Assembly (NCBI GenBank): GCA_965220345.1
Contig: OZ244822.1
Coordinates: 1,222,669 to 1,286,668, forward strand
Reading direction: 5' to 3'
Source of the DNA: Candidatus Aldehydirespirator sp.
GTDB lineage: Bacteria > Actinomycetota > Acidimicrobiia > Acidimicrobiales > Aldehydirespiratoraceae
DNA: 64,000 nucleotides
Shown piece by piece: positions 9,393 through 18,942 of this stretch. The notes under the pieces were generated by a model, which worked only from the letters and a program-made list of their open reading frames with translations, was not told the DNA's origin and did not search any database. How positions within the stretch are numbered: the first letter of the stretch is position 1; the number at the start of each line of letters is the position of its first letter. The position numbers and the translations under genes are program-made.

Positions 9393-9674
9393 ACACCTAG
9401 CTCGTCTGCAAGTTGACATTTAACCCCCCATCGGTCAAGAGGATTCGTCAATATTCGTGAGGTAGTCAGTGTCGTCTCAGACATACTCGAAACGCTTGTC
9501 ACGGTACCTCTAGCCTCCGACTAAAGATAAATCCCCGCCATTCCCGGCTAGCCAGGAAGGCGAGGAGCAATAGCAACAAGCTATCAGGCACACGACGTGA
9601 AAGAGCGGGCATTATGTCGGTTCGTCTATGTCTTGGCAGGGCTTGTAGGTCGGTCACGGTCTACGCTGTCGGTC

Positions 9675-10898
9675 ATGACCGACGACATGGGATACTTGCC
9701 GCGGCTGGAGAAGCGCAGCGAGTTCGTTGATTACTTGGAGGGTCATCCCGTGCCCGCTGCAGCCGATATGGAGCAGCCCGATGCAGGCCGCAAGTTGGTC
9801 AAGACCTACATGTTGGAAACCGCTGGTAGTTGCCAGAAGATGCCTGATCTGGCTAGCAGATTCGCAGGGAGTGTGAACCTTCATCGTGTTGACGACACGC
9901 TGTTTCGTGTTGAAGATGCCAAACACAACGGCCAAGTGGTTGGTTTGGTTGAGGAACTCGATGACAGGCATCCCGTCTTCTACACAAAAATGCCTGCTGA
10001 GCACAGTGACCGTTGGGTTCGTCAAACAGTGGACAGCAGTCCGTGGCTTGACCGGCTCTGGTTATCTTCGCCGATCCTGTTCGAGTTGTGGCGGCAGGTG
10101 CAGACCACAACGCCTTCTCATCGTTACGCGCGCCTAGGTTTCGAGCACGAAGCCCGCTACGAGCCGATTGATGGACTTGACACGGGTGCCGAAGATGTTG
10201 GCGCGGACGATACCAATGACGAGATGCTCAACGCTTTTGTGGAGCGCCGCCGCTCGGTGGTAACTCTTACCGAGCAACTTTCAGTGCTGAACGAGAAACT
10301 ACAGGGACTTGTTGATTCCTATGATCCGCTGCGATCACTGGTTCATTTGCAAATCCCCGCTGCTGGCCGTGGGGGCCATCGCTTCAGCTACGACGGACGT
10401 GCCACGAACCGGAGCGACTCCTTTGCCGACCATAGGGCGACAGTGCGGAAGGTGCTTGCTCTTTACCGCAGTGTCACCGAGCACGCCGAAGAGCGTCTAT
10501 GGGTAGATACCGCCGACGCTGGCCATGATGGCTACAAGATTCGCGGCACTCCGCTTGTCATTGATTTCGGTGAGCCACTGAGCGAGCCTCTGTTCAATCG
10601 TTTCGTTGAACTTGCGCTCAAGCGTCGGACGAGTCGCTTCCGTATCGGAGGTTTCGTTACACGTCGAGGTCCCACCAAGGTGCATGTAGTTGCCGTGGAC
10701 CGGCACCTATGGCAACCTTTTCTGCTAGAAGTCACAAGCCAGCACCTCTTAGCTGTGCTACCCCACGGCACCTGCGGGAACACAGTTCATCGGCTTGTAA
10801 CGAATGTGCAACGTGAGCTGGCTCCGACCGCGAAAGCCTGGCTCGGTAGTGAGCCTTACGATCAGGCGGTAGCCGAAGCCGCCAGCGTTGTTGCATGA
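9675..10898 (+). CDS. Hypothetical protein, first gene of an unassigned two-gene cassette
   Basis: Long ORF; the maximal ORF starts at GTG 9597 and ATG 9675 is preferred. I recognise no motif. Its stop overlaps the next start as ATGA. Confidence 0.55.
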   Translation: MTDDMGYLPRLEKRSEFVDYLEGHPVPAAADMEQPDAGRKLVKTYMLETAGSCQKMPDLASRFAGSVNLHRVDDTLFRVEDAKHNGQVVGLVEELDDRHPVFYTKMPAEHSDRWVRQTVDSSPWLDRLWLSSPILFELWRQVQTTTPSHRYARLGFEHEARYEPIDGLDTGAEDVGADDTNDEMLNAFVERRRSVVTLTEQLSVLNEKLQGLVDSYDPLRSLVHLQIPAAGRGGHRFSYDGRATNRSDSFADHRATVRKVLALYRSVTEHAEERLWVDTADAGHDGYKIRGTPLVIDFGEPLSEPLFNRFVELALKRRTSRFRIGGFVTRRGPTKVHVVAVDRHLWQPFLLEVTSQHLLAVLPHGTCGNTVHRLVTNVQRELAPTAKAWLGSEPYDQAVAEAASVVA

Positions 10899-11959
10899 CA
10901 TCTGACACTTTGCTCGTATCGGATACCGTATTCCAGCTCAACGTCTTGTTGTGGGCGCTAGAAGATCTCCCCAATAGCACCGATATCCAGCCGGTACTAC
11001 GCGAAGCCGGATATGAGTTGGAGTCGCTCGGCAGGCGACTGCTTGTTCCGTCTGGAGATAAGGCCGTCTCAGTTCTTCGCGAACTAGCGGGTACCGCCGA
11101 TCTTTCTCCGTGCCACCCAGACTTGTGCATTATCAATCAGAACCACCCGGTGACTCTGGTCGTTGAACTCAAATCTCACGGATTCGGCGGAAAATCATCG
11201 AACACGCGTCAGGCCGTGAAGCTGATTGTGGCTTCCCATGATCTGTCGGAGTCGTATGCCGAGACGCAGCCCCGACCGGGACATGTGGTTTACGCAACCG
11301 TCAAGCACGATGCAGCTCAGCTAGAGAAAACCCTGCAAGACTTGAGCGAGTCCATCAAGTCCAAAGGTGTGCCTGCAGCGCCAACAGACACGATTGGTAT
11401 CTCCATTGACGATGAGGGTGTGAGACTCTCAATTTCAAGCCTGTCCAATCTGCCCACACCAGCCCAAGAAGCACTTCAAGAACCTGTGGTTGTCTTGCAC
11501 CGTCGCGATGCCGATGACATACGGCCCCTCTACTTGATTCCCTGGATTCCCGGCCTACAGGCAAACCAAGATTCAGAACTTCAGGCGGACGGTTACAGGG
11601 AACTGACGGCACGCATCATCGTTCAGGCACTGGCCGTCGTGGGGCAAGCCAGTGCTCCAACGACTCTAGAAATCACTGGGGCAACAATGCTTAGTCGGGC
11701 AACTTTCGGAGTATTTGACCGATGGCTGGACACAGATCGACAAAAGTTCTCTGAGGCGGCTATAGGTGTGCTGACCAAGACCTTGACGAGTCTCAGCGGC
11801 TTTCAGAAGAAGAGCAGAGATGTCGTCTCGCTGTCGTTCTCAAGCCAAGAAGAACAAGCAGAGGTAATCAAACTTCTAGAACAGGTCAGTCCAGCCGATA
11901 CAAGCACAAACATCCAAGCTGCGGTCAACGCTCCACAGAAGCTCTTTGATGACTACTGA
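10895..11959 (+). CDS. Hypothetical protein with a PD-(D/E)xK nuclease-like motif
   Basis: HPDLCIINQNHPVTLVVELKSHGF (D76, E91, K93; nt 11120-11173) fits PD...(D/E)xK spacing. It is translationally coupled to the upstream ORF. The remaining ~250 aa are unrecognised. Confidence 0.55.
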   Translation: MTSDTLLVSDTVFQLNVLLWALEDLPNSTDIQPVLREAGYELESLGRRLLVPSGDKAVSVLRELAGTADLSPCHPDLCIINQNHPVTLVVELKSHGFGGKSSNTRQAVKLIVASHDLSESYAETQPRPGHVVYATVKHDAAQLEKTLQDLSESIKSKGVPAAPTDTIGISIDDEGVRLSISSLSNLPTPAQEALQEPVVVLHRRDADDIRPLYLIPWIPGLQANQDSELQADGYRELTARIIVQALAVVGQASAPTTLEITGATMLSRATFGVFDRWLDTDRQKFSEAAIGVLTKTLTSLSGFQKKSRDVVSLSFSSQEEQAEVIKLLEQVSPADTSTNIQAAVNAPQKLFDDY

Positions 11960-12114
11960 ATCTTGAGCACGGCTCTCAAGTAAATCTGTTCTGTGCTTTG
12001 CTCCAGCGAAGTCGACAGAGTTGATGTCGTGAAGGGGAAAGCGGAGGTGTCAGCTTGCGGTGTGGTTGGGGCGGCTAGTCTCGTGGTGGCAGGCTCAAAT
12101 ACTGGGAGGTAGCG

Positions 12115-12897
12115 ATGCGTAGCCATGAAATCGACTATCGGATTTACGGCGACGATATGCAATTCGTCGAAGTGGAGCTTGACCCTGGTGAGGTGGTCGT
12201 AGCTGAAGCTGGTGCCATGATGTATATGGAGCAGGGCATCACCTTCGAAGCCAAGATGGGTGACGGCTCTGATCCTGGTCAAGGCACTTGGGGCAAGCTG
12301 AAGTCGGCCGCCAAACGGGGGATCACTGGTGAGGGCTTGTTTATGACGCATTTCCGTAACAGCGTCCCGCAAGGCAAGCAAACGGTGGCCATGGCTGCGC
12401 CTTACCCTGGCAAAATTCTGCCGGTAGACCTCACCGAGGTTGGTGGCAATCTGCTGGCACAAAAGGACGCTTTCTTGTGCGCTGCATCAGGCACGAAGCT
12501 TGACATTGCTTTCAATCGCAAGTTCGGCACTGGGATCTTCGGCGGGGAAGGCTTCATCCTGCAATCAATATCAGGCGATGGGATGGCTTTTTTGCACGCT
12601 GGCGGCACCATCATCGAAAAGCAGCTACAAGGCGAGACTCTGCGCATAGACACAGGCTGCATCGTGGCTTTCCAGCCGCAGATCCAGTATTCCATTGAAC
12701 GTGCTGGCAACCTCAAGTCGATGGTGTTCGGCGGTGAAGGACTCTTCTTGGCGACACTCACTGGCGTAGGTCGGGTGTGGCTGCAGTCGCTTCCGTTTAA
12801 TCGAATCGCTGATCGGGTGCTCGCCAACCTGACACCGGGCGGCTCACAAGGCGAAGGCTCAATAGCGGGCGGCCTTTCCTCAATCTTCTCGCGCTGA
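12115..12897 (+). CDS. AIM24/TIGR00266-family protein (DUF124)
   Basis: The N-terminus [34 protein letters not shown] and later [22 protein letters not shown] are characteristic of this family. Confidence 0.8.
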   Translation: MRSHEIDYRIYGDDMQFVEVELDPGEVVVAEAGAMMYMEQGITFEAKMGDGSDPGQGTWGKLKSAAKRGITGEGLFMTHFRNSVPQGKQTVAMAAPYPGKILPVDLTEVGGNLLAQKDAFLCAASGTKLDIAFNRKFGTGIFGGEGFILQSISGDGMAFLHAGGTIIEKQLQGETLRIDTGCIVAFQPQIQYSIERAGNLKSMVFGGEGLFLATLTGVGRVWLQSLPFNRIADRVLANLTPGGSQGEGSIAGGLSSIFSR

Positions 12898-12919
12898 GCC
12901 TCCCCAGGCATCAGGCATC

Positions 12920-13729
12920 TCAGATGATGTTGATGTTGAAAGCCCCCAGCGTGTTGAAATCAAAACGAAAGTCATCGCCGGGTGACACTGTCATCGGACG
13001 GGTGAACGAACCCGACAAAATCACCTGACCAGCTAGCAGTTTCAGACCCTGCTCGGCGTAACGCCGCGCCAGCCACACGATGCCGTTAGCTGGATGGCCG
13101 AGCACGCCAGCAGCCAGCCCGGTCTCTTCGGCTACTCCGTTGCGGTAAGCGACAGCGCCCACCCAGCGCAAATCTAGTTGCCGGGGTGGCACGGGCTCGC
13201 CGCCAGTGACGATGCCAGCATCGGCGGCATTGTCGGAAATCGTGTCAACCACGGTGCGGCTTCGGCCTGTCGTCGGGTCAATGCGAGGCGTGCGGGCCGC
13301 AATGAGTTCCACCGCAGCGGTCACATGATCAGTTGCGTCCAAGACATCGTCAATGCTCAGATCACCGCCTGCTAGATCATCGCTAAGCACGAAAGCCAGT
13401 TCCACCTCCAAACGCAAGTCGCAGAAATCGGCGGCTGCCACCGGTTGGTCATGGGCAAAAACCATTGCATCGGTCAAGAAGCCTGAATCGGGTGTGGTGA
13501 TGTTCATGGCTTGTTGCATGGCTTTGCTAGTGAGACCGATCTTGTGGCCGATCACTTTCTCACCCCGGTCGAGACGAATATCTAGCCAGGCGGCCTGCAC
13601 ACGGAAAGCCTCCTCAATCGTCATCTGCGGGTAGACGCTGGTGGTTTGACGTACTTGCCGCCGCTCGCGCTCAGCAAGATCAAGCAATTCCGCCTCACCC
13701 CGAATCTCTTTTTGAGTTATATAATGCAT
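12920..13729 (-). CDS. hpaH: 2-oxo-hept-4-ene-1,7-dioate hydratase / 2-keto-4-pentenoate hydratase family
   Basis: 269 aa with AFRVQAAWLDIRLDRGEKVIGHKIGLTSKAMQ and ELAFVL motifs of the MhpD/HpaH hydratase family. Other hpa genes lie nearby. Confidence 0.75.
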   Translation of the reverse strand: MHYITQKEIRGEAELLDLAERERRQVRQTTSVYPQMTIEEAFRVQAAWLDIRLDRGEKVIGHKIGLTSKAMQQAMNITTPDSGFLTDAMVFAHDQPVAAADFCDLRLEVELAFVLSDDLAGGDLSIDDVLDATDHVTAAVELIAARTPRIDPTTGRSRTVVDTISDNAADAGIVTGGEPVPPRQLDLRWVGAVAYRNGVAEETGLAAGVLGHPANGIVWLARRYAEQGLKLLAGQVILSGSFTRPMTVSPGDDFRFDFNTLGAFNINII

Positions 13730-13797
13730 GTTAATGCAATACTGTACATTAAATTATCGTCCTGATGTGACGAAGTGCCATCGGGTGAAGGTGACTC

Positions 13798-14067
13798 ATG
13801 GCTACAAGTAACAGGTTACGAAGCCAGCATCGGCGAACGCTGCAGAGGATGCGAGCTACACCTACTCCATCTGACATTCGATGGTTTGAAGTTGTTTCAC
13901 TTTTGAGGGCTCTTGGAGTGAGTCTGGTTGAGCGTAAGGGGTCTAGGGTGCAGTTGGTCAAAGGCAATGACACAATGGTTGTGCATCGGCCACATCCTAG
14001 ACCGGCAGTTAGCCGTGATACAATTCGAGACATCACAAAATTCATAGGTATGATGGAGGAAAACTGA
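13798..14067 (+). CDS. hicA: Type II toxin HicA family
   Basis: 89 aa. The SLLRALGVSLVERKGSRVQLVKGNDTMVVHRPHP pattern matches the HicA/YcfA fold. It abuts hicB with a 1-nt overlap. Confidence 0.75.
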   Translation: MATSNRLRSQHRRTLQRMRATPTPSDIRWFEVVSLLRALGVSLVERKGSRVQLVKGNDTMVVHRPHPRPAVSRDTIRDITKFIGMMEEN

Positions 14068-14303
14068 TGTTGGAGTACAAGGGGTATGTGGGAGAGGTCG
14101 TACATGACGTTAAATCTGGGGTGTTGCACGCCTCGGTCATCAACAGCGGTCCCTATCCTGTTGCGACTGCTGAGTCGCTTGATGAATCAGGCATCAGCAG
14201 AGAGTTCCAAATTTCGATAGATGTATATCTTGAAGGCTGTGCAGAGCTTGGCATTGATCCTGTCGTCCCCTCGGATATGCCAATGAAGACAAGTGCGACT
14301 TGA
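14067..14303 (+). CDS. hicB: Type II antitoxin HicB family
   Basis: Has the MLEYKGYVGEVVHD...G...F...IDVYLEGCAELGIDP pattern typical of HicB N-terminal domains. Confidence 0.75.
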   Translation: MLEYKGYVGEVVHDVKSGVLHASVINSGPYPVATAESLDESGISREFQISIDVYLEGCAELGIDPVVPSDMPMKTSAT

Positions 14304-14348
14304 TCGGACCGGGTACCGCCGAGCCGTGATGCCCACAACATAAGTGGG

Positions 14349-15338
14349 TTATGGGATTAGCAGTATCTTGCCTGCGAGTGTGCGGCCTTGCAGCAGGCGA
14401 TGAGCTTCGGGTGCTTCCGCCAGTGGCAAGCGAGCCGCGATCCTCACATCAAGGCGACCCTCAACAATCCAGGAGAACATCTCAGCGGCGCGCGACTCAA
14501 GCTCTTCACGGCTAGCAATAAAGTCCCAGAGTTTCGGTCGGGTCAGCCATAAAGACTTGCCCATCAGATGCAACGGAGCTTTCGGTTCAACAGCGCCTGA
14601 AGCATTACCGAAAGTCACCATGGCACCGCGCAGGCGCAGCAACTTGAGGCTGTCGTCATAGACGGCTGCACCCACCCCGTCATACACCACGTCAATAGCA
14701 TCGGTCCCGACCGCAGCTTCAACTCCGGCCACCAGGTCAGTGGTTGTGTAATTGACAACATGGTCAGCACCAGCGCCTCGAGCCAACTCAACTTTGGCAT
14801 CGGAACCGACCGCAGCCACCACTTCGGCACCACGGATTTTGGCCATCTGCACGATCAAGCGCCCCGTGCCGCCAGCACCGGCATGCACTAGGCACCGGTC
14901 ACCGGGCTTTAACGGCGGGCAGTCAGTCACCAGATAATGGGCGGTGAGACCTTGCACGCCGACCGCAGCCGCGGTTTCGAGATCCACCCCGTCGGGAACC
15001 TTGTATGCCACCGCAGCGTTCACCGTCACCCGCTGCGCGTATGAGCCCGAAGCACCAGCCCACCCCACACGGTCACCAGGCTCAAAGCCGCTAACACCCG
15101 CGCCGACTTGCAGCACTGTGCCAGCGCCTTCCTGACCGAGCACCAGCGGCAGTGCCATGTCATATAAGCCCGAGCGGTGATAAGTATCGATGAAGTTGAC
15201 CCCAGCGGCAGCTACCTGCACTGTGATCTGGCCTTCAGCTGGCATTGGGTCGTCAAGTGGCACAAGCCGCATCACTTCAGGATCACCAGGCTCGGTGATC
15301 TGTATCCCTGTGTTGGTTGTGTCTAAGTCTTCAATCAT
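14349..15338 (-). CDS. qor: NADPH:quinone oxidoreductase (zinc-type alcohol dehydrogenase superfamily)
   Basis: Medium-chain dehydrogenase/reductase fold with VHAGAGGTGRL nucleotide-binding loop and the GK(I/L)L(L/I)IP C-terminus. Confidence 0.85.
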   Translation of the reverse strand: MIEDLDTTNTGIQITEPGDPEVMRLVPLDDPMPAEGQITVQVAAAGVNFIDTYHRSGLYDMALPLVLGQEGAGTVLQVGAGVSGFEPGDRVGWAGASGSYAQRVTVNAAVAYKVPDGVDLETAAAVGVQGLTAHYLVTDCPPLKPGDRCLVHAGAGGTGRLIVQMAKIRGAEVVAAVGSDAKVELARGAGADHVVNYTTTDLVAGVEAAVGTDAIDVVYDGVGAAVYDDSLKLLRLRGAMVTFGNASGAVEPKAPLHLMGKSLWLTRPKLWDFIASREELESRAAEMFSWIVEGRLDVRIAARLPLAEAPEAHRLLQGRTLAGKILLIP

Positions 15339-15805
15339 GGCGACCTTTCTTGTGACTCTTCTGACTTCGCTGGCTCTGATGGCTCTTCTGATCCTTGTGG
15401 CTTAGCGGAGGCAACCCCAGGCGAAACAACGCTGATGCCGTGAGCTCTTGCCGATGACATCAGCCGCTCATCGTAGGTGACGACACCCTCAAGGTCGGCA
15501 CCGAGTTCCATCGCTGCTGCCAGATGAAGAGCATCAAGAGTGCTCAGTATCACTGGTTCCAGCATCGCAGCCCTCTCGAACACACTGGAGCGCAGATCAA
15601 GTATATGGGTTCGTTCAAACAGCTTTGCGGCTTTGTCGGCGCGCTCGGGATCATGTCGTCGCACAGTTCTGAGCAGCTCGGTGCGGGTCAAATCGCTGGA
15701 AAAGAGATTGCCGTCCTGGTTACGCGCGAAAGCCAGCATCGCTTCGGTTTCGGCCTCATGCACGATCAACTTCACTGCTGCCGATGTCTCAAGATAGAAG
15801 ACCAT
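15335..15805 (-). CDS. vapC: Type II toxin VapC (PIN domain)
   Basis: The true start is MVFYLETSAAVKLI at 15805 (TGATG overlap with the antitoxin stop). PIN acidic residues are present (D/E in LETS, SSDLTRTE, TLDALHLA, TYDERL). The 251-aa ORF in the track is an artefactual 5' extension. Confidence 0.8.
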   Translation of the reverse strand: MVFYLETSAAVKLIVHEAETEAMLAFARNQDGNLFSSDLTRTELLRTVRRHDPERADKAAKLFERTHILDLRSSVFERAAMLEPVILSTLDALHLAAAMELGADLEGVVTYDERLMSSARAHGISVVSPGVASAKPQGSEEPSEPAKSEESQERSP

Positions 15806-16071
15806 CAGTAACGCTCGGCTGAGCGCATTTCTTGAAGAGTCTCTGAAAGAGGCTTGTCGTGAGGCTCTGGAGGTTGGAAGCTCGCAAATGACAGAGTGGC
15901 TGATCGAAGCCGTCCCGATGTCTTCAGTTCCTCGACTTTTGAGCCGGGTATGGGGCTCAGCAGCGCAGCCGGTCGACCCCGGTCGGTTACAACGATCGTT
16001 TCGCCATGTTGCACACGAGCCACGACGGCTGAAGCGTTTTGCTTTAGTTCGCGGATACCAACCCTGTTCAT
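15805..16071 (-). CDS. Type II antitoxin Phd/YefM family
   Basis: MNRVGIRELKQNASAVVARVQHGETIVVTDRGRPAALLSPI is a canonical Phd/YefM N-terminal domain. Confidence 0.8.
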   Translation of the reverse strand: MNRVGIRELKQNASAVVARVQHGETIVVTDRGRPAALLSPIPGSKVEELKTSGRLRSATLSFASFQPPEPHDKPLSETLQEMRSAERY

Positions 16072-16176
16072 GTTCTACACAATAGCACAAAGAAGTAAGC
16101 GGCTCCTTTAGAGGGTCGGATCAGGTGACGCAAACTTGGATTCTGATCATTTCAGGGCTGCGGGACCCAGAAGCGC

Positions 16177-17097
16177 TCAGGGGGCCTGCTCGTCTCGGAT
16201 CGGATTGCGGAGGGTTCCGATCTCGGCGACGGTCACTTCCACCACATCGCCAGACTTGAGCCATTTCGGTGGATCAAAGCGGGCACCAGCACCAGTGGGG
16301 GTGCCAGTGAAGATCACATCGCCAGCTTGCAGTGTGATGAACGTGGATAGGTAATGAATCTGGTATTCGATCCCGAAAGCCATGCTGGCGACTTGATCAT
16401 CTTGGCGTAGTTCGCCGTTGACTCGTGTGCTGAGCCGCAAGCCACCGAAATCGCTGCCGTTGCTGCTGACACTGTTGTCACCGTGATTGCTGTCGCTGAT
16501 GCTGCTGATCTCGTCGAGTGTCACTAGCCATGGACCGATCGATCCGCTGCGGTACCAGTTTTTGCCTTGGGTGACGTTGAAGCGACCGTGACGCACCCAG
16601 TCTCGCACTGTGCCTTCATTGCCGAGACTCAACCCGGCAATATGGCTGCGAGCGTCATTGATGGCAATGCGGCGGCCGCCTCGTCCGATCACTACCACGA
16701 TCTCGCCTTCGTAGTCAAGCTGTTCTGATTCGGGGGGACGCAGCAGTGCCTGTTCATGGCCGACTAGTGTCTCAGGGAAACGCACAAACACGCTGGGATA
16801 AGCGTCTGCGAGACTTTCTGCGTATTCGTTTGCTCTGCCGCCGTAGTTGACACCTATACAGAAGATCTTTTGGGGTTTCGGCACTAGGCGCTCAAAGGTG
16901 ATCTCATCAAGTGTGTGATCAGCTTCAGTGGCGTTTCGTGCTGCGTCTTGGGCTTCGTCGAGACGGCCTTGAGCGAGCAGTTCGCTAAGGTCAGCAACAT
17001 CGTCAAGGCGTTTAGCCAGATCAATAACCCCAGTGCTGTCAACGTGAAGCGCCCCGAAGGATGCCATACCCGCAACGCTGTAGCTGAGCAGTCGCAC
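16177..17097 (-). CDS. Fumarylacetoacetate hydrolase family protein (HpaG/HpcE-like isomerase/decarboxylase)
   Basis: FAH fold motifs: KIFCIGVNY, DYEGEIVVVIG, GDVIFTGTPTGAG. It lies next to the CHM isomerase gene. Confidence 0.8.
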   Translation of the reverse strand: MRLLSYSVAGMASFGALHVDSTGVIDLAKRLDDVADLSELLAQGRLDEAQDAARNATEADHTLDEITFERLVPKPQKIFCIGVNYGGRANEYAESLADAYPSVFVRFPETLVGHEQALLRPPESEQLDYEGEIVVVIGRGGRRIAINDARSHIAGLSLGNEGTVRDWVRHGRFNVTQGKNWYRSGSIGPWLVTLDEISSISDSNHGDNSVSSNGSDFGGLRLSTRVNGELRQDDQVASMAFGIEYQIHYLSTFITLQAGDVIFTGTPTGAGARFDPPKWLKSGDVVEVTVAEIGTLRNPIRDEQAP

Positions 17098-17172
17098 CCG
17101 TCACCCCCAAAAGTGATTTGCCGCACTTCGCCAGATCAGCACAGATCTTACAATCAAGAATGGAGTCAAGTT

Positions 17173-17568
17173 ATGCCGCACATAATCATCGAACACTCGT
17201 CCAACTTAACTGAGCTGACCAACATGCATGCTTTGGTGGAGTCTGTGCATCAAGCCGTTCTGCGCTCTGGCTTGGCTGAAGTATCGGCGCTACGCACTCG
17301 TGCCGCCCCCCGCTTTCATTACCGCATTGCTGACGGCAACCCAAGCTACGGCTTTGTGGCGATTTATGCCCGTATGACCCCGGGCCGTGACCCCGAAGCG
17401 ATCAAGCAACTCCTCGAAATCCTCATCGACACGGTAGATGAAGTGCTGGAACCGCTTTGCGACACTCATCCTGTAGCGATCAGTGCTGAGGCTCAGATGA
17501 TTGACCCGGCCATGCGCCTCAACCGCAACCACATTCGCGCACACTCTTCGAAAAACCGCAGCGTCTGA
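17173..17568 (+). CDS. hpaF: 5-carboxymethyl-2-hydroxymuconate delta-isomerase
   Basis: MPHIIIEHSSNL starts with the catalytic Pro1 of the tautomerase-like CHMI family. The ATG at 17173 is in frame within the longer ORF of the track. Confidence 0.8.
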   Translation: MPHIIIEHSSNLTELTNMHALVESVHQAVLRSGLAEVSALRTRAAPRFHYRIADGNPSYGFVAIYARMTPGRDPEAIKQLLEILIDTVDEVLEPLCDTHPVAISAEAQMIDPAMRLNRNHIRAHSSKNRSV

Positions 17569-17661
17569 GCGCCACGCCCAACGATGATACGGCTTGGCGA
17601 GAATAACTCCTAGAAGGTGTCCTTTGCCGAGTAGATGATGCAAGCGTGTTTGTAGGTGCTG

Positions 17662-18345
17662 TTATGGTGTTGTCGATGGCACGTTGTTGACTTGGCAGTC
17701 CCAGCCACTGTCGGTTGAGCTGCACGAGACGTGCATACCGTCTCGGTCTTCATGGAACCGTGCTAACTCGGTTTCGTAGGCTGCGGACTGAGCGTTCCAA
17801 GCAGCTAGCGCTTCGTCGTATCCAGGGTGGGTGACAGTGATTTTGTTGGTTCGTGTGTCGGTGATACGTTCGCGGACTTTGATGTTGTGTGCGATGATGG
17901 CGGCTCTGTCTGCTTTGTAAGCGCGTCGTGCAGCGCTCTCGCATACATCAAGGTCACGGTAGTCGTCGCTGCCGTATGCACATGGGTTTCCGTTATCGAT
18001 CCGTACTCGTTCTTCTTTGAGGTTGACACGCTGCTGTGTGCCGTGACGACGAATGAGGGTGCCAGCAGGGATAGTGTGCGAAACCTGTGTCACTTCTTCT
18101 GGGGGTCGCCCTTCAACACCGCGCTCCCATTGAATGGTGTGTGCCGCTGCGAAGGTGCGTTGACGGCAGTTCGGTGCGTCATACGTCCAGTCGGTTGTGC
18201 CGTCACCGTTCGTATCGAAATGGTAGGCGCAGGGACCTTCGCTTGATGCAGCGTTCCAATCCGTTGATGTGGGCACGTAGTCGGTGATAAGAGAGGGATC
18301 AGCGATTTCGATGCTGTATACACCGTCAGATACGTGCTCGCCCAC
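17662..18345 (-). CDS. Hypothetical Cys-rich protein (possibly the 3' part of a gene disrupted by an in-frame stop)
   Basis: 227 aa with a GTG start, three Cys pairs and a DTNGDGTTD loop. No signal peptide is present. It shares a frame with ORF 18391..18597, separated by a single TAA. Confidence 0.4.
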   Translation of the reverse strand: MGEHVSDGVYSIEIADPSLITDYVPTSTDWNAASSEGPCAYHFDTNGDGTTDWTYDAPNCRQRTFAAAHTIQWERGVEGRPPEEVTQVSHTIPAGTLIRRHGTQQRVNLKEERVRIDNGNPCAYGSDDYRDLDVCESAARRAYKADRAAIIAHNIKVRERITDTRTNKITVTHPGYDEALAAWNAQSAAYETELARFHEDRDGMHVSCSSTDSGWDCQVNNVPSTTP

Positions 18346-18942
18346 AACGTAGTCTCTTGCGGCGCGAATCGGTGAACCGTAATTCCAGTTTTATGATCTG
18401 CCACCCGGCGCAGACGGCAGTTCAATCAGCGCATGTTGAGGCCAATTCTCGGGTGCTACGCCGTTGAGTTGCCCGATACCGGTGATAGTGGACTGCTGGG
18501 TAGGAGGCGGTTCACCAAAACGCTGCTCAGTCTCAACCTTGAAATCGTTCCGCAACGGTTGTAAAGGCGGAGCTTCAGGCTGCCAAAGCACCGGCACACT
18601 GCTAGGCCGCTGCGATTGCGATCCAGCGCTTCATGATTAACCACCTGACGTGAGTCAATATTTAAACCTGGACTCCTCCACTAGTGAAATAGCTACCACA
18701 CTCTCAGTAGCCCGTCAAATCCCTGGAAGGGTTTCCTTGAGACAGCACTGCTAAGCCCTGCCAGCCCCCAGTTTGAACCGCTTCGCAGTGTCGCGGGTTC
18801 AGTGATCGGTCCAGCCGCGCGCCTCTCCCGAAACCCTGTCCGCACTCGCCGCAGCAAGCCAAGCAACACCTGCGATCCCGCCCAAATGCCGTCTCAAGCA
18901 CCAAAATCCAGCGTTTTGCTCGCTTTTGATACCCTAGAAAGC

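Noticed and set aside
11962-11980. Hairpin CTTGAG-N7-CTCAAG after the two-gene cassette, considered as a terminator
   Set aside because: The stem is only 6 bp and no T-tract follows, so it is too weak to call.
12402-12911. 169-aa minus-strand ORF
   Set aside because: It is antisense to the well-supported AIM24-family gene.
15335-16090. 251-aa minus-strand ORF
   Set aside because: Its 5' 95 codons overlap the Phd/YefM antitoxin gene in another frame and look non-coding. The PIN-domain sequence begins at the internal ATG at 15805.
18760-18800. tRNA-like T-arm sequence (GCGGGTTCAGTGATC)
   Set aside because: I could not fold a matching acceptor stem, anticodon arm or D-arm from the surrounding sequence.
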